The translations under genes were made by a program, and so were the position numbers. From Chloroflexota bacterium (lineage in GTDB: Bacteria > Chloroflexota > Limnocylindria > Limnocylindrales > CSP1-4), in assembly GCA_016191395.1 (NCBI GenBank), contig JACPOS010000030.1, positions 4,235 to 68,234 of the forward strand: a stretch of 64,000 nt of DNA. The letters are read 5' to 3'. The notes beneath the pieces were generated by a model. The model searched no databases, was not told the DNA's origin, and worked only from the letters and a program-made list of their open reading frames with translations. Numbering within the stretch: the first letter of the stretch is position 1; each line of letters opens with the position of its first letter. This document shows positions 42,308 through 50,951 of this stretch, piece by piece.

Positions 42308-43018
42308 GTGCGCGATCCCGTGCCCTCGACGCCCGACCTCACCGACGCCATCGCGGACGCCCGCGCGGAGGTGGTGGCTGCGAGCCGGCAGCTGACCGAT
42401 CGCGCGAACGACGTCTTCCGAGCCACCGTGTCGGTGATCGTCGAGACGGTCGAGCAGCGGCTCGAGGCCGTCGTGCTGGGCCAGGCGGAGCGCACCCAGA
42501 AGCTGGGCAAGTCCGGTGTGGACCGGCTTCGCGCCGACCTCGTCGCGGCGACCGCCAAGCTTCCCGGCGAGAGCGCGAAGCGCCTCGTGGGCGCCTTCTC
42601 GTGGACGTTCCCGCAGGAGGCCGCGTGGATCGGGGACAGCGACCGGACGCCGCTGTACCAGGGCGGCGCCGACCTGCCGTGGATGATCGACGACGCCATC
42701 CGCACCTCGGCCGCCATCGCCGGCCGCCTTGCCCTGGACGCGGGCTACGAGATCACGCCGCGGAGCCAGTGGGAGATCTCCTCGGACGGCACCGTCCAGC
42801 GCTACCTCGGCCCGTTCGCGGTCCCGTCCAAGCTTGTCGTGGCGCTCCGGAGCTACTCCGATGCGCGGCTGCGCTACTTCCGCAAGCTGCGGGCACTTCG
42901 TCGCCTGGAGGCGGAGAAGAGCGCACGGGACGCGCGCATCGAGTCGGAGGTGGTGCGCGACGCGGCGCTGTTGCCCGCGACCGTGCTCTGGTCCAACTCG
43001 GCCAAGCCGAGCGCGTGA
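42308..43018 (+). CDS. hypothetical protein immediately downstream of the DUF4157 gene (candidate cargo/partner)
   Basis: GTG directly follows the DUF4157 stop (TAG-GTG). 236 aa, helical N-terminal half, no recognisable family. Balanced composition. Confidence 0.5.
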   Translation: MRDPVPSTPDLTDAIADARAEVVAASRQLTDRANDVFRATVSVIVETVEQRLEAVVLGQAERTQKLGKSGVDRLRADLVAATAKLPGESAKRLVGAFSWTFPQEAAWIGDSDRTPLYQGGADLPWMIDDAIRTSAAIAGRLALDAGYEITPRSQWEISSDGTVQRYLGPFAVPSKLVVALRSYSDARLRYFRKLRALRRLEAEKSARDARIESEVVRDAALLPATVLWSNSAKPSA

Positions 43019-43034
43019 CCCCGGCGCTCGACCG

Positions 43035-43682
43035 CTAGATCAGGCCCTCGCGGATCGCATACGCGACGGCGTGCGCGCGGTTGCGCAGGTCCAGGCGGGA
43101 CGTGACGTCGTGGATGATGTTCTTGACCGTGCGCTCGGAGTAGAACAGGCGCCGGCCGACCTCGGCCGTGTCGTAGCCCTCGGCCAGGAGGCGGAGGACC
43201 GCCGTCTCGCGCTCGGTCAGGCCTGAGAACGTCAGGCCGCGCGGCGACAGGACCTGGCGCTGGAGCTCGCCGACCTGGCGGAGGAGCCGACCGAGCAGGT
43301 CCGGAGGGAGCGTGCCCTCGCCGGCTGCAGCGGACCGGATCGCCAGCGCGAGGTTGTGCGCCGTGGCCTCGCTTCGCCGGATGACGCCGGAGACGCCGGC
43401 CTCGGCGGCCGCGAGCAGGCCCTTGTCGTTGACCCAGGTGACGAGCAGGACCACCTTGGAGACGCCGCGCGCGCGGAGCGATCGGATCTCCGTCGTGATC
43501 GCATCGGTGACGTCGTCTGCCACGACCAGGGACACGCCGTCGACGTGCGGGGTGTCGCCGGAGCTGACGATGAAGCCCTGCGCGCTGCGCAGCTGGCTCA
43601 CGATCCCGGCCTTGGTGAGCGGGTCCGCCGCGGACACGTGGACCCCGATCGACGGGTTGAAGGGAACCGGCTCGGCAACCAT
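43035..43682 (-). CDS. LuxR-family response-regulator-like transcriptional regulator (REC-like plus LuxR HTH)
   Basis: 215 aa. C-terminal LuxR HTH LTERETAVLRLLAEGYDTAEVGRRLFYSERTVKNIIHDVTSRLDL. N-terminal receiver-like domain. Confidence 0.8.
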   Translation of the reverse strand: MVAEPVPFNPSIGVHVSAADPLTKAGIVSQLRSAQGFIVSSGDTPHVDGVSLVVADDVTDAITTEIRSLRARGVSKVVLLVTWVNDKGLLAAAEAGVSGVIRRSEATAHNLALAIRSAAAGEGTLPPDLLGRLLRQVGELQRQVLSPRGLTFSGLTERETAVLRLLAEGYDTAEVGRRLFYSERTVKNIIHDVTSRLDLRNRAHAVAYAIREGLI

Positions 43683-43855
43683 CGGACGCTCTCCCCTGAC
43701 CGCTCGGCCGCCCCCGATTGCCCTGGTGGACGCTGGCTGGCCGCCCGTTCTGCGACCCTAGCGGGCAGCCCTTTCCGGTCGCTGAACGCCGGCTTAACGG
43801 GCACCGATCCGGCGGCGATTCGGCTGCCCCTTCGGGCAAAGGCGTCGCCGCGCGA

Positions 43856-44257
43856 TCAGGCGGAGCCCGACTCCAGGCTCGCCATCAGGTCCGCGATCGC
43901 GACGGAGACGCGGTGGCCCGCGCCGGCGACCGGCGCGTCCAGCTTCGGGCTGCGAAGCCGAACCACCCAGCCCACGCGCGGGACCTCTTCGTCCGGGGGC
44001 TCGATCTGCACGTCGTCCAGCTGCGGCGCCGCCCGCGCGACGAGGCGCCTCACGACGTCGACCGTATCGTCCGGCTCCCACTGGCCGCGCCAGTACTCCT
44101 CGCGCAATGCGCGCTCGATGCAGGCCGCGTGGGGATCGTCCGGGTGGAACGTGTGCGACGGCCACTCTTCCCATGGATCGTCGACCGACAGCACGGTCCC
44201 GCACGTGCAGGCCAGGGTGCCTCGTTCGGAGCCGCCCTCGAACTCGATCGGGCTCAT
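43856..44257 (-). CDS. hypothetical protein
   Basis: 133 aa from internal Met MSPIEFEGGSERGTLACTCGTVLSVDDPWEEWPSHTFHPDDPHAACIERALREEYWRGQWEPDD. Protein-like composition. The upstream part of the listed 282-aa ORF is Arg-rich and judged spurious. Confidence 0.45.
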   Translation of the reverse strand: MSPIEFEGGSERGTLACTCGTVLSVDDPWEEWPSHTFHPDDPHAACIERALREEYWRGQWEPDDTVDVVRRLVARAAPQLDDVQIEPPDEEVPRVGWVVRLRSPKLDAPVAGAGHRVSVAIADLMASLESGSA

Positions 44258-44354
44258 TCGATGCCAGGGCTCGCCTTCGCGGGCCCGGATCCAGACGCTC
44301 ACGCCGTGGATTCTACGGCGGGCACGATTTCGACCCGATGCGCGAGACTTCGGT

Positions 44355-45586
44355 CCGTGAACGTTCTGTCCGCTCGTGCGTCGACCGTAGCTCGCTCGCT
44401 CGCGCTCGCCGGGCTCGCCATGGGCGCCTTCGGCTGCGGCTCGCTGGCGCCACAGGCGTCTACGCCGCCGGTGCTCGGCATCGACTGGGGCCGCGCCGCA
44501 TCGGTGGAGCGGCCGGCCAACTACGAGGAGACGGTGTCGCCCACCTACCAGGCGAAGCACCCGATCCTGCGCATCCAGGGCCAGGCGACGATGGCCGACC
44601 TCATCGGGCTGCCGAAGGGCGGGTTTGTCTCCGTTGGGTACGCACCGCCGGACTGGGTGCCGGTCGCATGGACCTCGGCGGACGGCAACAGGTGGGCGTT
44701 CCACGCGACGCTGGACGAGACGGACTTCACCTTTCCGCTATCGCTCGCGGTCGGCGGCGATGGCACGGTCGTGGCCGTCGGTCGGTCGGGCAGGGAGCCG
44801 ATCGCCTGGACGACGAAGGACGGCATCGATTGGCAACGTCACACCGTGGCCATCCTTGGCGGCGACGGCACCGCGGAACGGATGACGGCCGTCGTCGGCG
44901 GACCGAGCGGGTTCGTCGCCGGCGGCTCCGTCGGGCCGGAGCTGTTCGAGCGGCATGCGCGTTTCTGGCGGTCCGCCGACGGCATCGACTGGACCCCCGT
45001 CGCGGACGATCGTGTCGCCTTTGCCAATGCCGAGGTTCGGGCGATCACCCGACTCGGGAACGGCTTTGTCGCTGTGGGCGTGGTGGGCACCGCCCAGGAG
45101 CACACCGGCGCCGTGGCATGGACCTCGCCGGACGGCGCGACCTGGACCCGGGTGGACGACCACGCGCTCGACGGCGGCGAGGCGGTCGCGGTCGCGCCCG
45201 CGCCGTGGGGCGGCGTCATCGCCGTGGGCGCCACGGTCGGACGGCAGAATGCCGCTGCATGGATCTCCCCCGATGGTCGCAGCTGGACACGCGCGCCGGA
45301 CGAGGCGTCGCGCCAGCACAGCGGCGGGTTCGCATGGATGACCGATGTCGTCGCGATCGGCGACCAGGTGATCGGCGTCGGAGACGTCCAGGGGCTGCAG
45401 CGCGGCACTGCGGTCTCCTGGGTCACTCGCGACGGGCTCACCTGGGCGATGTCGCTCGAGGCGCCTGTCCAGGAGGGGGCCGAGTTCTATGCGATCACCC
45501 CTGGCGGAGCAGGGGCCTTCGCGGTTGGCGCATTCGGAGCGCCCGACTCGTACGTTCCGGAGGTCTGGGTGACCCCCGGCCGCTGA
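44355..45586 (+). CDS. lipoprotein with repeated W-x-[ST]-x-DG-x-x-W motifs (beta-propeller/BNR-like)
   Basis: GTG start. Signal peptide with lipobox (LAGLAMGAFGC GS). Six repeats (WTSADGNRW, WTTKDGIDW, WRSADGIDW, WTSPDGATW, WISPDGRSW, WVTRDGLTW). Confidence 0.65.
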
Positions 45587-45652
45587 TTCTGGGGGGAGCG
45601 CCCGGCATCGTCGGGATTGGCGTGAAAACCTGTCCGCGTAAACTCAAACCGA

Positions 45653-45728
45653 GTCCCCGGAGCTCAGTGGACAGAGCGGCTGCCTTCTAAGCAGCGGGTC
45701 GCAGGTTCAAATCCTGCCGGGGACGCCA
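45653..45728 (+). tRNA. tRNA-Arg (anticodon TCT)
   Basis: Acceptor GTCCCCG pairs with CGGGGAC. D-arm AGCTCAGTGGACAGAGC. Anticodon stem GCTGC/GCAGC with loop CTTCTAA (anticodon TCT). T-arm GCAGG-TTCAAAT-CCTGC. 3' GCCA. Confidence 0.85.
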
Positions 45729-45799
45729 ACCTCCAGCACCGCCAGAAGGGCTGGCGGGCCCGGTAGCCCGGGCGATGCCTGATGGGTGTGGGGCCGAAG

Positions 45800-47032
45800 C
45801 TAGCTCGCCGGCTCTGCCTCCACCGCCCCCACGCGCGCCACCAGCCGCTCGGCCGTGGTGCCCTGCACGAACAGCGTGAACAGGACGACCCCGAAGGTGA
45901 TCTCCTGGAGCAGGGCTCGCTGCGGGAAGTCCGAGGGGAGCGAGAGCGCCATCGCGACGGCAACGGCGCCGCGCAGGCCCGCCCAGAACATGACGTGCAG
46001 CCAGCTGAGGGGCACGTGGGTCCGCGGCCGTCGATTGCGCACGAGGCGCGCCGCGCCGCCAAGCAGGCCGTACACGACGACCGCGCGACCCGCGAGGATC
46101 GCGACCAGCCCCCACAGGATCGACGGCGCGGCGGCGACCAGGTCGCTGAACGAGATCGCCAGGCCGACGAGCAGGAACGCGAAGGCCGTGAGCAGGAAGG
46201 CGATGAACTCCCAGACGACGTCGAGGGTTTCCAGGGCGCGGGCGCTGAGGCCCACCGCGCGCCCGTACGTCCCGATGACCACGCCCGCCACGACCGTCGC
46301 GATGATCCCGGACTGGTGGAGCCCATCGGTCAGCAGGTACGTGCCGTACGCGGTCGCGAGCGAGATCGTCAGCTCGATCGAGTGGTCGTCGATGAGCTTG
46401 ATGAGCCGTGACGCGAGCCAGCCCGCAGCCAGGCCGATCGCGATGCTGCTCACGACCGTCACGATGACCGTGCCCGCGGTCTCGCCGATCGTGACGCTGC
46501 CCGTGACCGAGTTGACCGTCACCACGAACAGCACGAGCGCGGTGCCGTCGTTGAACAGGCTCTCGCCCTCCACCAGCGTCGCGAGCCGCCGCGGCGCCCC
46601 CAGGTTCCGGAACGTGGAGATGACCGCCACCGGATCCGTCGCCGCGACCATCGCCCCCACCACCATCCCGAGCTGAAGCGGCAGGGCCGTGGCGAGATTC
46701 AGCACGACCGCGACGATCGCCGCCGAGACGAGGACGCCGGGCGCGGCGAGCAGGACCATCCAGCCGAACGTCTGGCGGAGCTCCGCGAGCTCCAGGCGCA
46801 GGGCCGCCTCGAAGACGAGCCCCGGCACGAGCACGAGCAGCACGAGCTCCGGCGTCACGGTGATCGCGCCGGCCGGCAGGAGCGCTCCCGCCACGAGCCC
46901 GAGCACCACGAGGGCCACGCTGTAGGGGATGCGCAGCCGCCGGACGACCACCGCGGTCACCGCCGCGACCGCCGCGAGCGCGACGAAGACCCGGATCGCC
47001 TCCAGCGTCGCCGCGCCGCTTGCCTCGGTCAC
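45800..47032 (-). CDS. Na+/H+ antiporter (CPA1, NhaP-type)
   Basis: 410 aa, ~11 TM helices. Motifs ESLFNDGTALVLF and ATDPVAV typical of NhaP/CPA1. Confidence 0.85.
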   Translation of the reverse strand: MTEASGAATLEAIRVFVALAAVAAVTAVVVRRLRIPYSVALVVLGLVAGALLPAGAITVTPELVLLVLVPGLVFEAALRLELAELRQTFGWMVLLAAPGVLVSAAIVAVVLNLATALPLQLGMVVGAMVAATDPVAVISTFRNLGAPRRLATLVEGESLFNDGTALVLFVVTVNSVTGSVTIGETAGTVIVTVVSSIAIGLAAGWLASRLIKLIDDHSIELTISLATAYGTYLLTDGLHQSGIIATVVAGVVIGTYGRAVGLSARALETLDVVWEFIAFLLTAFAFLLVGLAISFSDLVAAAPSILWGLVAILAGRAVVVYGLLGGAARLVRNRRPRTHVPLSWLHVMFWAGLRGAVAVAMALSLPSDFPQRALLQEITFGVVLFTLFVQGTTAERLVARVGAVEAEPAS

Positions 47033-47223
47033 CCGTCCTCCCGCAAACCCACCTCACTCGCCCACGCCGGAGGGTACTGCCCCGAACCGGACCGAAGTAC
47101 GGCTTGGAAGCCCGCACGGTCATTCGTATGGTCCGGTCGACGACGAGTCATGGGCGCAGCCAATCGTCGCGGGGACACATCTGCGCCGGACTCATCGATC
47201 ATCGTCTCGAGAGGCTTATACGG

Positions 47224-47418
47224 ATGGGCTCGATGGCACTGAACGAGCTGGGAAAGATGCTCACCGCCGCCGAAGTCGCGGAGATGCTCCATCTCCACGT
47301 CAACACGGTGAAGCGGCTGGGTGATCGCGGCGAGCTGAAGTACTACCGCGTGTGCAAGCGCGGCGACCGACGCTTCCTGCTCGAAGACGTCCGCCGCTTC
47401 CTCGACAACAACCGCTAA
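47224..47418 (+). CDS. small helix-turn-helix DNA-binding protein (excisionase/MerR-like HTH_17 family)
   Basis: 64 aa MGSMALNELGKMLTAAEVAEMLHLHVNTVKRLGDRGELKYYRVCKRGDRRFLLEDVRRFLDNNR, the classic 'excisionase family' HTH. The listed 132-aa ORF has a spurious N-terminal extension. Confidence 0.6.
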   Translation: MGSMALNELGKMLTAAEVAEMLHLHVNTVKRLGDRGELKYYRVCKRGDRRFLLEDVRRFLDNNR

Positions 47419-47461
47419 CTCCGGCGGCCCGAGGCCGCCCAGCCGCATCGCGCAATTCGAA

Positions 47462-47490
47462 GCGCCGGCGACCCTCGCCGGCGCTTCGTG
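47462..47490 (+). terminator. GC-rich hairpin (9-bp stem GCGCCGGCG / loop ACCCT) with a weak T-tract; a second hairpin lies at 47423-47439
   Basis: Stem 47462-47470 / 47476-47484, followed by TTCGTGG. Lies downstream of the HTH gene and upstream of the AT-richer operator-like region. Confidence 0.45.
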
Positions 47491-47660
47491 GCGTGTCGGG
47501 GCCGCTGCACCATGTCTCGTTTCGGCACCCGATGATGAAATTCGTTGCATCAAATTGAACGCGGGCCGGGACGCCGCACCGGTTGATGCAGTGAATCTCA
47601 TCAAATTCCGCCGAAACGGGACATCGCCCCGAAGCCGGACACGCCGCATATCATCCCGGC

Positions 47661-48896
47661 GTGATCGACTTCCGCCCGACCGAGGAGAACCGACTCGTCC
47701 AGCAGTCCGTGCGCGAGTTCGCCGAGGCGGAGATCAACCCGCACATCCGCGAGTGGGATGCGAAGGGCGAGGTCCACCGCGAGATCTTCAACCGCATGGC
47801 CGACCTGGGGCTGCTCGGGGCGCCGGTACATACCCGTTGGGGCGGCTCGGGGATGGACTACGTCAGCTTCGCCATGATCTGCGAGGAGCTGGAGCGCGCG
47901 GACACGGCATTCCGCGTCGTCCAGAGCGTCCACGTCGGGCTCAACTCGCTGACACTGATGCAGTGGGGGACCGACGAGCAGAAGACGCGCTGGCTCATCC
48001 CCCAGGCGAAGGGCGAGAAGCTCGCGACCTTTGGGCTGACGGAGCCCGGCGTGGGCACGGACGCGGGGAACCTCGCGTCCACGGCACGCCGCGACGGCGA
48101 TTCCTACGTGCTCAACGGCCAGAAGATCTGGATCAGCCTCGCGGACATCGCGGACCAGTTCCTCGTCTTCGCGTCCGTCGACCGCTCCAAGGGTCACCGC
48201 GGCGTCACGGCGTTCGTGCTGGAGCGGGGCATGAAGGGCCTGTCCACCGGCACGCTCCACGGCAAGCTCGGCATCCGTGCCGGCAACACCGGCCTGATCA
48301 ACATGGACGACGTCCGCGTGCCGATGGAGAACCGGATCGGCGAGGAGGGCGAGGGCTTCCTCATCGCGATGAGCGCCATCGACCAGGGGCGGTTCACGGT
48401 CGCGGCGGGCAACGTGGGCCTCGCGCAGGCGTGCCTGGACGCCTCGCTCAAGTACGCCCACGAGCGCAGGACGTTCGGGGACGAGATCGGCAAGCACCAG
48501 CTCGTCAAGCAGATGCTGGCCAAGATGGTCGCCGGCATCGAGGCGGGCCGGCTCCTGGTGTGGCGTGCAGGCTTCCTCAAGAATCACGGGGTCCGGAACA
48601 CCCGCGAGACGTCGCTCGCCAAGTGGCACGCGACCGATCACGCCGTCGCCAGTGCGCTCGACGCGATCCAGATTCACGGCGCGAACGGCTACTCCAACGA
48701 GTTCCCGCTGGAGCGCTACCTGCGCAACTCGAAGGCCGCCGTGATCTACGAGGGCACGAGCCAGCTGCACACGCTGATCCAGGCGGACTTCGCGCTCGGC
48801 TATCGCGAGGATCGGCCTCTCCGCTGCGAGCCCCTGCCGGCGGAGGGATTCGAGCGACTGCCCGCATCGACGGCCGCCGCCGCCGGCCGGGCCTAG
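47661..48896 (+). CDS. acyl-CoA dehydrogenase
   Basis: 411 aa. GLTEPGVGTDAG, ERRTFGDEIGKHQ, YEGTSQLHTLIQADFAL motifs. Confidence 0.9.
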   Translation: MIDFRPTEENRLVQQSVREFAEAEINPHIREWDAKGEVHREIFNRMADLGLLGAPVHTRWGGSGMDYVSFAMICEELERADTAFRVVQSVHVGLNSLTLMQWGTDEQKTRWLIPQAKGEKLATFGLTEPGVGTDAGNLASTARRDGDSYVLNGQKIWISLADIADQFLVFASVDRSKGHRGVTAFVLERGMKGLSTGTLHGKLGIRAGNTGLINMDDVRVPMENRIGEEGEGFLIAMSAIDQGRFTVAAGNVGLAQACLDASLKYAHERRTFGDEIGKHQLVKQMLAKMVAGIEAGRLLVWRAGFLKNHGVRNTRETSLAKWHATDHAVASALDAIQIHGANGYSNEFPLERYLRNSKAAVIYEGTSQLHTLIQADFALGYREDRPLRCEPLPAEGFERLPASTAAAAGRA

Positions 48897-48926
48897 CCTC
48901 TCCGGCGCACGGCGCCGCGACCAGGC

Positions 48927-50951
48927 GTGAGCGCGTTCAGCCAGTCCGAGCTCGCGACCCTTCGGGCGCTGTCGTCCACGTTCGTTCCCGCAGCGGATGC
49001 CGCCCGGGTGGCCTCGATCGCCGCCGACGCGCTCGTTCGTGCCGTGGATCCATCGCAGCTGGTCCAGCTTCGCCTGGTCCTCCGGGTGCTCGAGCAGCCC
49101 ATCGCGAATCTCGCCACCGGCGGTGGCTTCGCTGCGTTCCGCGACATGGACGCGCCGACGCGCGAGGGCCTCCTCCTGCGCTGGGCCAACTCGCCGCTGC
49201 TGCTGCGCCGCTCCGGCGTCCACGCGTTCCGGAAGCTCCTGACCTTCATTGCCTACGCTGACCCGGGACCGCCGGAGGCCCCGAACCCGCTCCCGCAGGC
49301 GCTCGGCTACGTCCGGGACGACCCGCCGCTCCCGGGCGTGCTCGCGCAGATCCGGCCGCTCGAGGTGGAGCGATCCGCCCCTGGGCCGCGCGACGCGCCG
49401 ATCGAGCTGACGGCGGACGTGATCGTCGTCGGTTCCGGAGCGGGAGCGGGCGTCATCACGGCCGAGCTGGCCCGCGCCGGCCGACGGGTCCTCGTCATCG
49501 AGGCCGGACCGTTCGTCGACGAATCCACGATGCCGCGGGACGAGCTCGACGCGTACGGGCGCCTGTACCTGAACTATGGCCTGCTCTCGACCTGGGACGG
49601 GGCGGTCACGATGCTCGCCGGCTCGGGGGTGGGAGGCGGGACGCTCGTCAACTGGATGACCTGCCTCGACGCCCCGGAGGCGGTCCGCGCCGAGTGGGCA
49701 CATGAGCACGGCCTCGACGGGCTCGACGGTGCCGAGTGGTCAGCCGATGTCTCGGCGATCGAGGAGGAGATCGGGGTGGCACCGTCCGCCGTCGTGCCGG
49801 CGAAGGACGAGCTGATCCGGCGGGGAGCGACGGCGCTCGGGTGGGAGTCCGCCGTCATCCGGCGCAACGCCACGGCCTGCGGCGACTGCGGCTCGTGCCC
49901 GTTCGGCTGCCGGCGCGGCGCCAAGCAGTCCGGGATCCGGGCGCACCTCTCGGAGGCGGCCGGGCTCGGCGCGGTCGTGCTCGATCGGGCCCGCGTTCGC
50001 ACGCTGATCCGGGATGGGGCGGACGGCCACGTGGTTGGCGTATCCGGCTCGCTCGCACCCGCGGACCTCAACGCGCCGGCGAACGCCATGACGCGACCCT
50101 TCGAGGCGCGTGCCGGCCAGGTGGTGCTCGCTGCGGGGGCGCTCCGGAGCCCGGCGATCCTGCAGGCGTCCGGGTTCGGGCACCCGGCGATCGGGCGCTA
50201 CCTGCGCATCCACCCGGTCCCGGTCATCGGCGCGCTCATGCCGGAGCCCGTGGACATGTGGCGGGGCACGATGCAGGCGGTTCGATCGATGGAGTTCGGG
50301 CAGGACGAGCCCGGGCATCGAAGGTACGCGATCGAGTCCGCTCCCGGGCACCTTGGGCTGCTGTCCCTGGTGCTGCCCTGGGAGGGCGCCGCCGCCCACG
50401 CGGAGCTCATGGCCCGAGCACGCCACTTCGCGCCGCTCGTGGCGATCACCCGCGATGGCGGCGAGGGCCGCGTTCGACTGACAGGCGCAGGTCGCGTGCG
50501 GATCGACTATCGGCTGGACGACGCGGGTCGCGCGACCGCACGGCACGCCCTCGTCTCGATGGCGCGTCTCGCCCGAGCGGCCGGGGCGGCCGAGATCCTC
50601 GCGGTCGCGATGCCGATCGTCCGCCATCGCGTCGACGGAGCCGGCGACGAGGGGCGGCGCTTCGCCGCGTTCGAGCGGACCCTGGCCGCGACCGACTTCT
50701 CGCCGCATCGCGGGACGATCGCGTCGGCCCACCAGATGGGCACGCTGCGGATGGGCGCCGACCCTGCGCTGCACCCAGCCGACCCCCGCGGCAGGCTCCG
50801 CAGCGATTCACGCGGGAGCGTCGTCCCGGGGCTCTACGTCGCCGACACGTCGACGTTCCCGACGGCGATCGGCGTGAACCCGATGATCACCGTGATGGCG
50901 ATGGCGCGGCGGGTCAGCCGGACGGTGATCGCGGAGGGGCAGCCGGTCTGA
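48927..50951 (+). CDS. GMC-family FAD-dependent oxidoreductase (long-chain alcohol oxidase-like)
   Basis: 674 aa. FAD motif DVIVVGSGAGAGVITAELARAGRRVLVIEAG. GMC C-terminal region GTLRMGADP...LYVADTSTFPTAIGVNPMITVMAMARR. Confidence 0.85.
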   Translation: MSAFSQSELATLRALSSTFVPAADAARVASIAADALVRAVDPSQLVQLRLVLRVLEQPIANLATGGGFAAFRDMDAPTREGLLLRWANSPLLLRRSGVHAFRKLLTFIAYADPGPPEAPNPLPQALGYVRDDPPLPGVLAQIRPLEVERSAPGPRDAPIELTADVIVVGSGAGAGVITAELARAGRRVLVIEAGPFVDESTMPRDELDAYGRLYLNYGLLSTWDGAVTMLAGSGVGGGTLVNWMTCLDAPEAVRAEWAHEHGLDGLDGAEWSADVSAIEEEIGVAPSAVVPAKDELIRRGATALGWESAVIRRNATACGDCGSCPFGCRRGAKQSGIRAHLSEAAGLGAVVLDRARVRTLIRDGADGHVVGVSGSLAPADLNAPANAMTRPFEARAGQVVLAAGALRSPAILQASGFGHPAIGRYLRIHPVPVIGALMPEPVDMWRGTMQAVRSMEFGQDEPGHRRYAIESAPGHLGLLSLVLPWEGAAAHAELMARARHFAPLVAITRDGGEGRVRLTGAGRVRIDYRLDDAGRATARHALVSMARLARAAGAAEILAVAMPIVRHRVDGAGDEGRRFAAFERTLAATDFSPHRGTIASAHQMGTLRMGADPALHPADPRGRLRSDSRGSVVPGLYVADTSTFPTAIGVNPMITVMAMARRVSRTVIAEGQPV

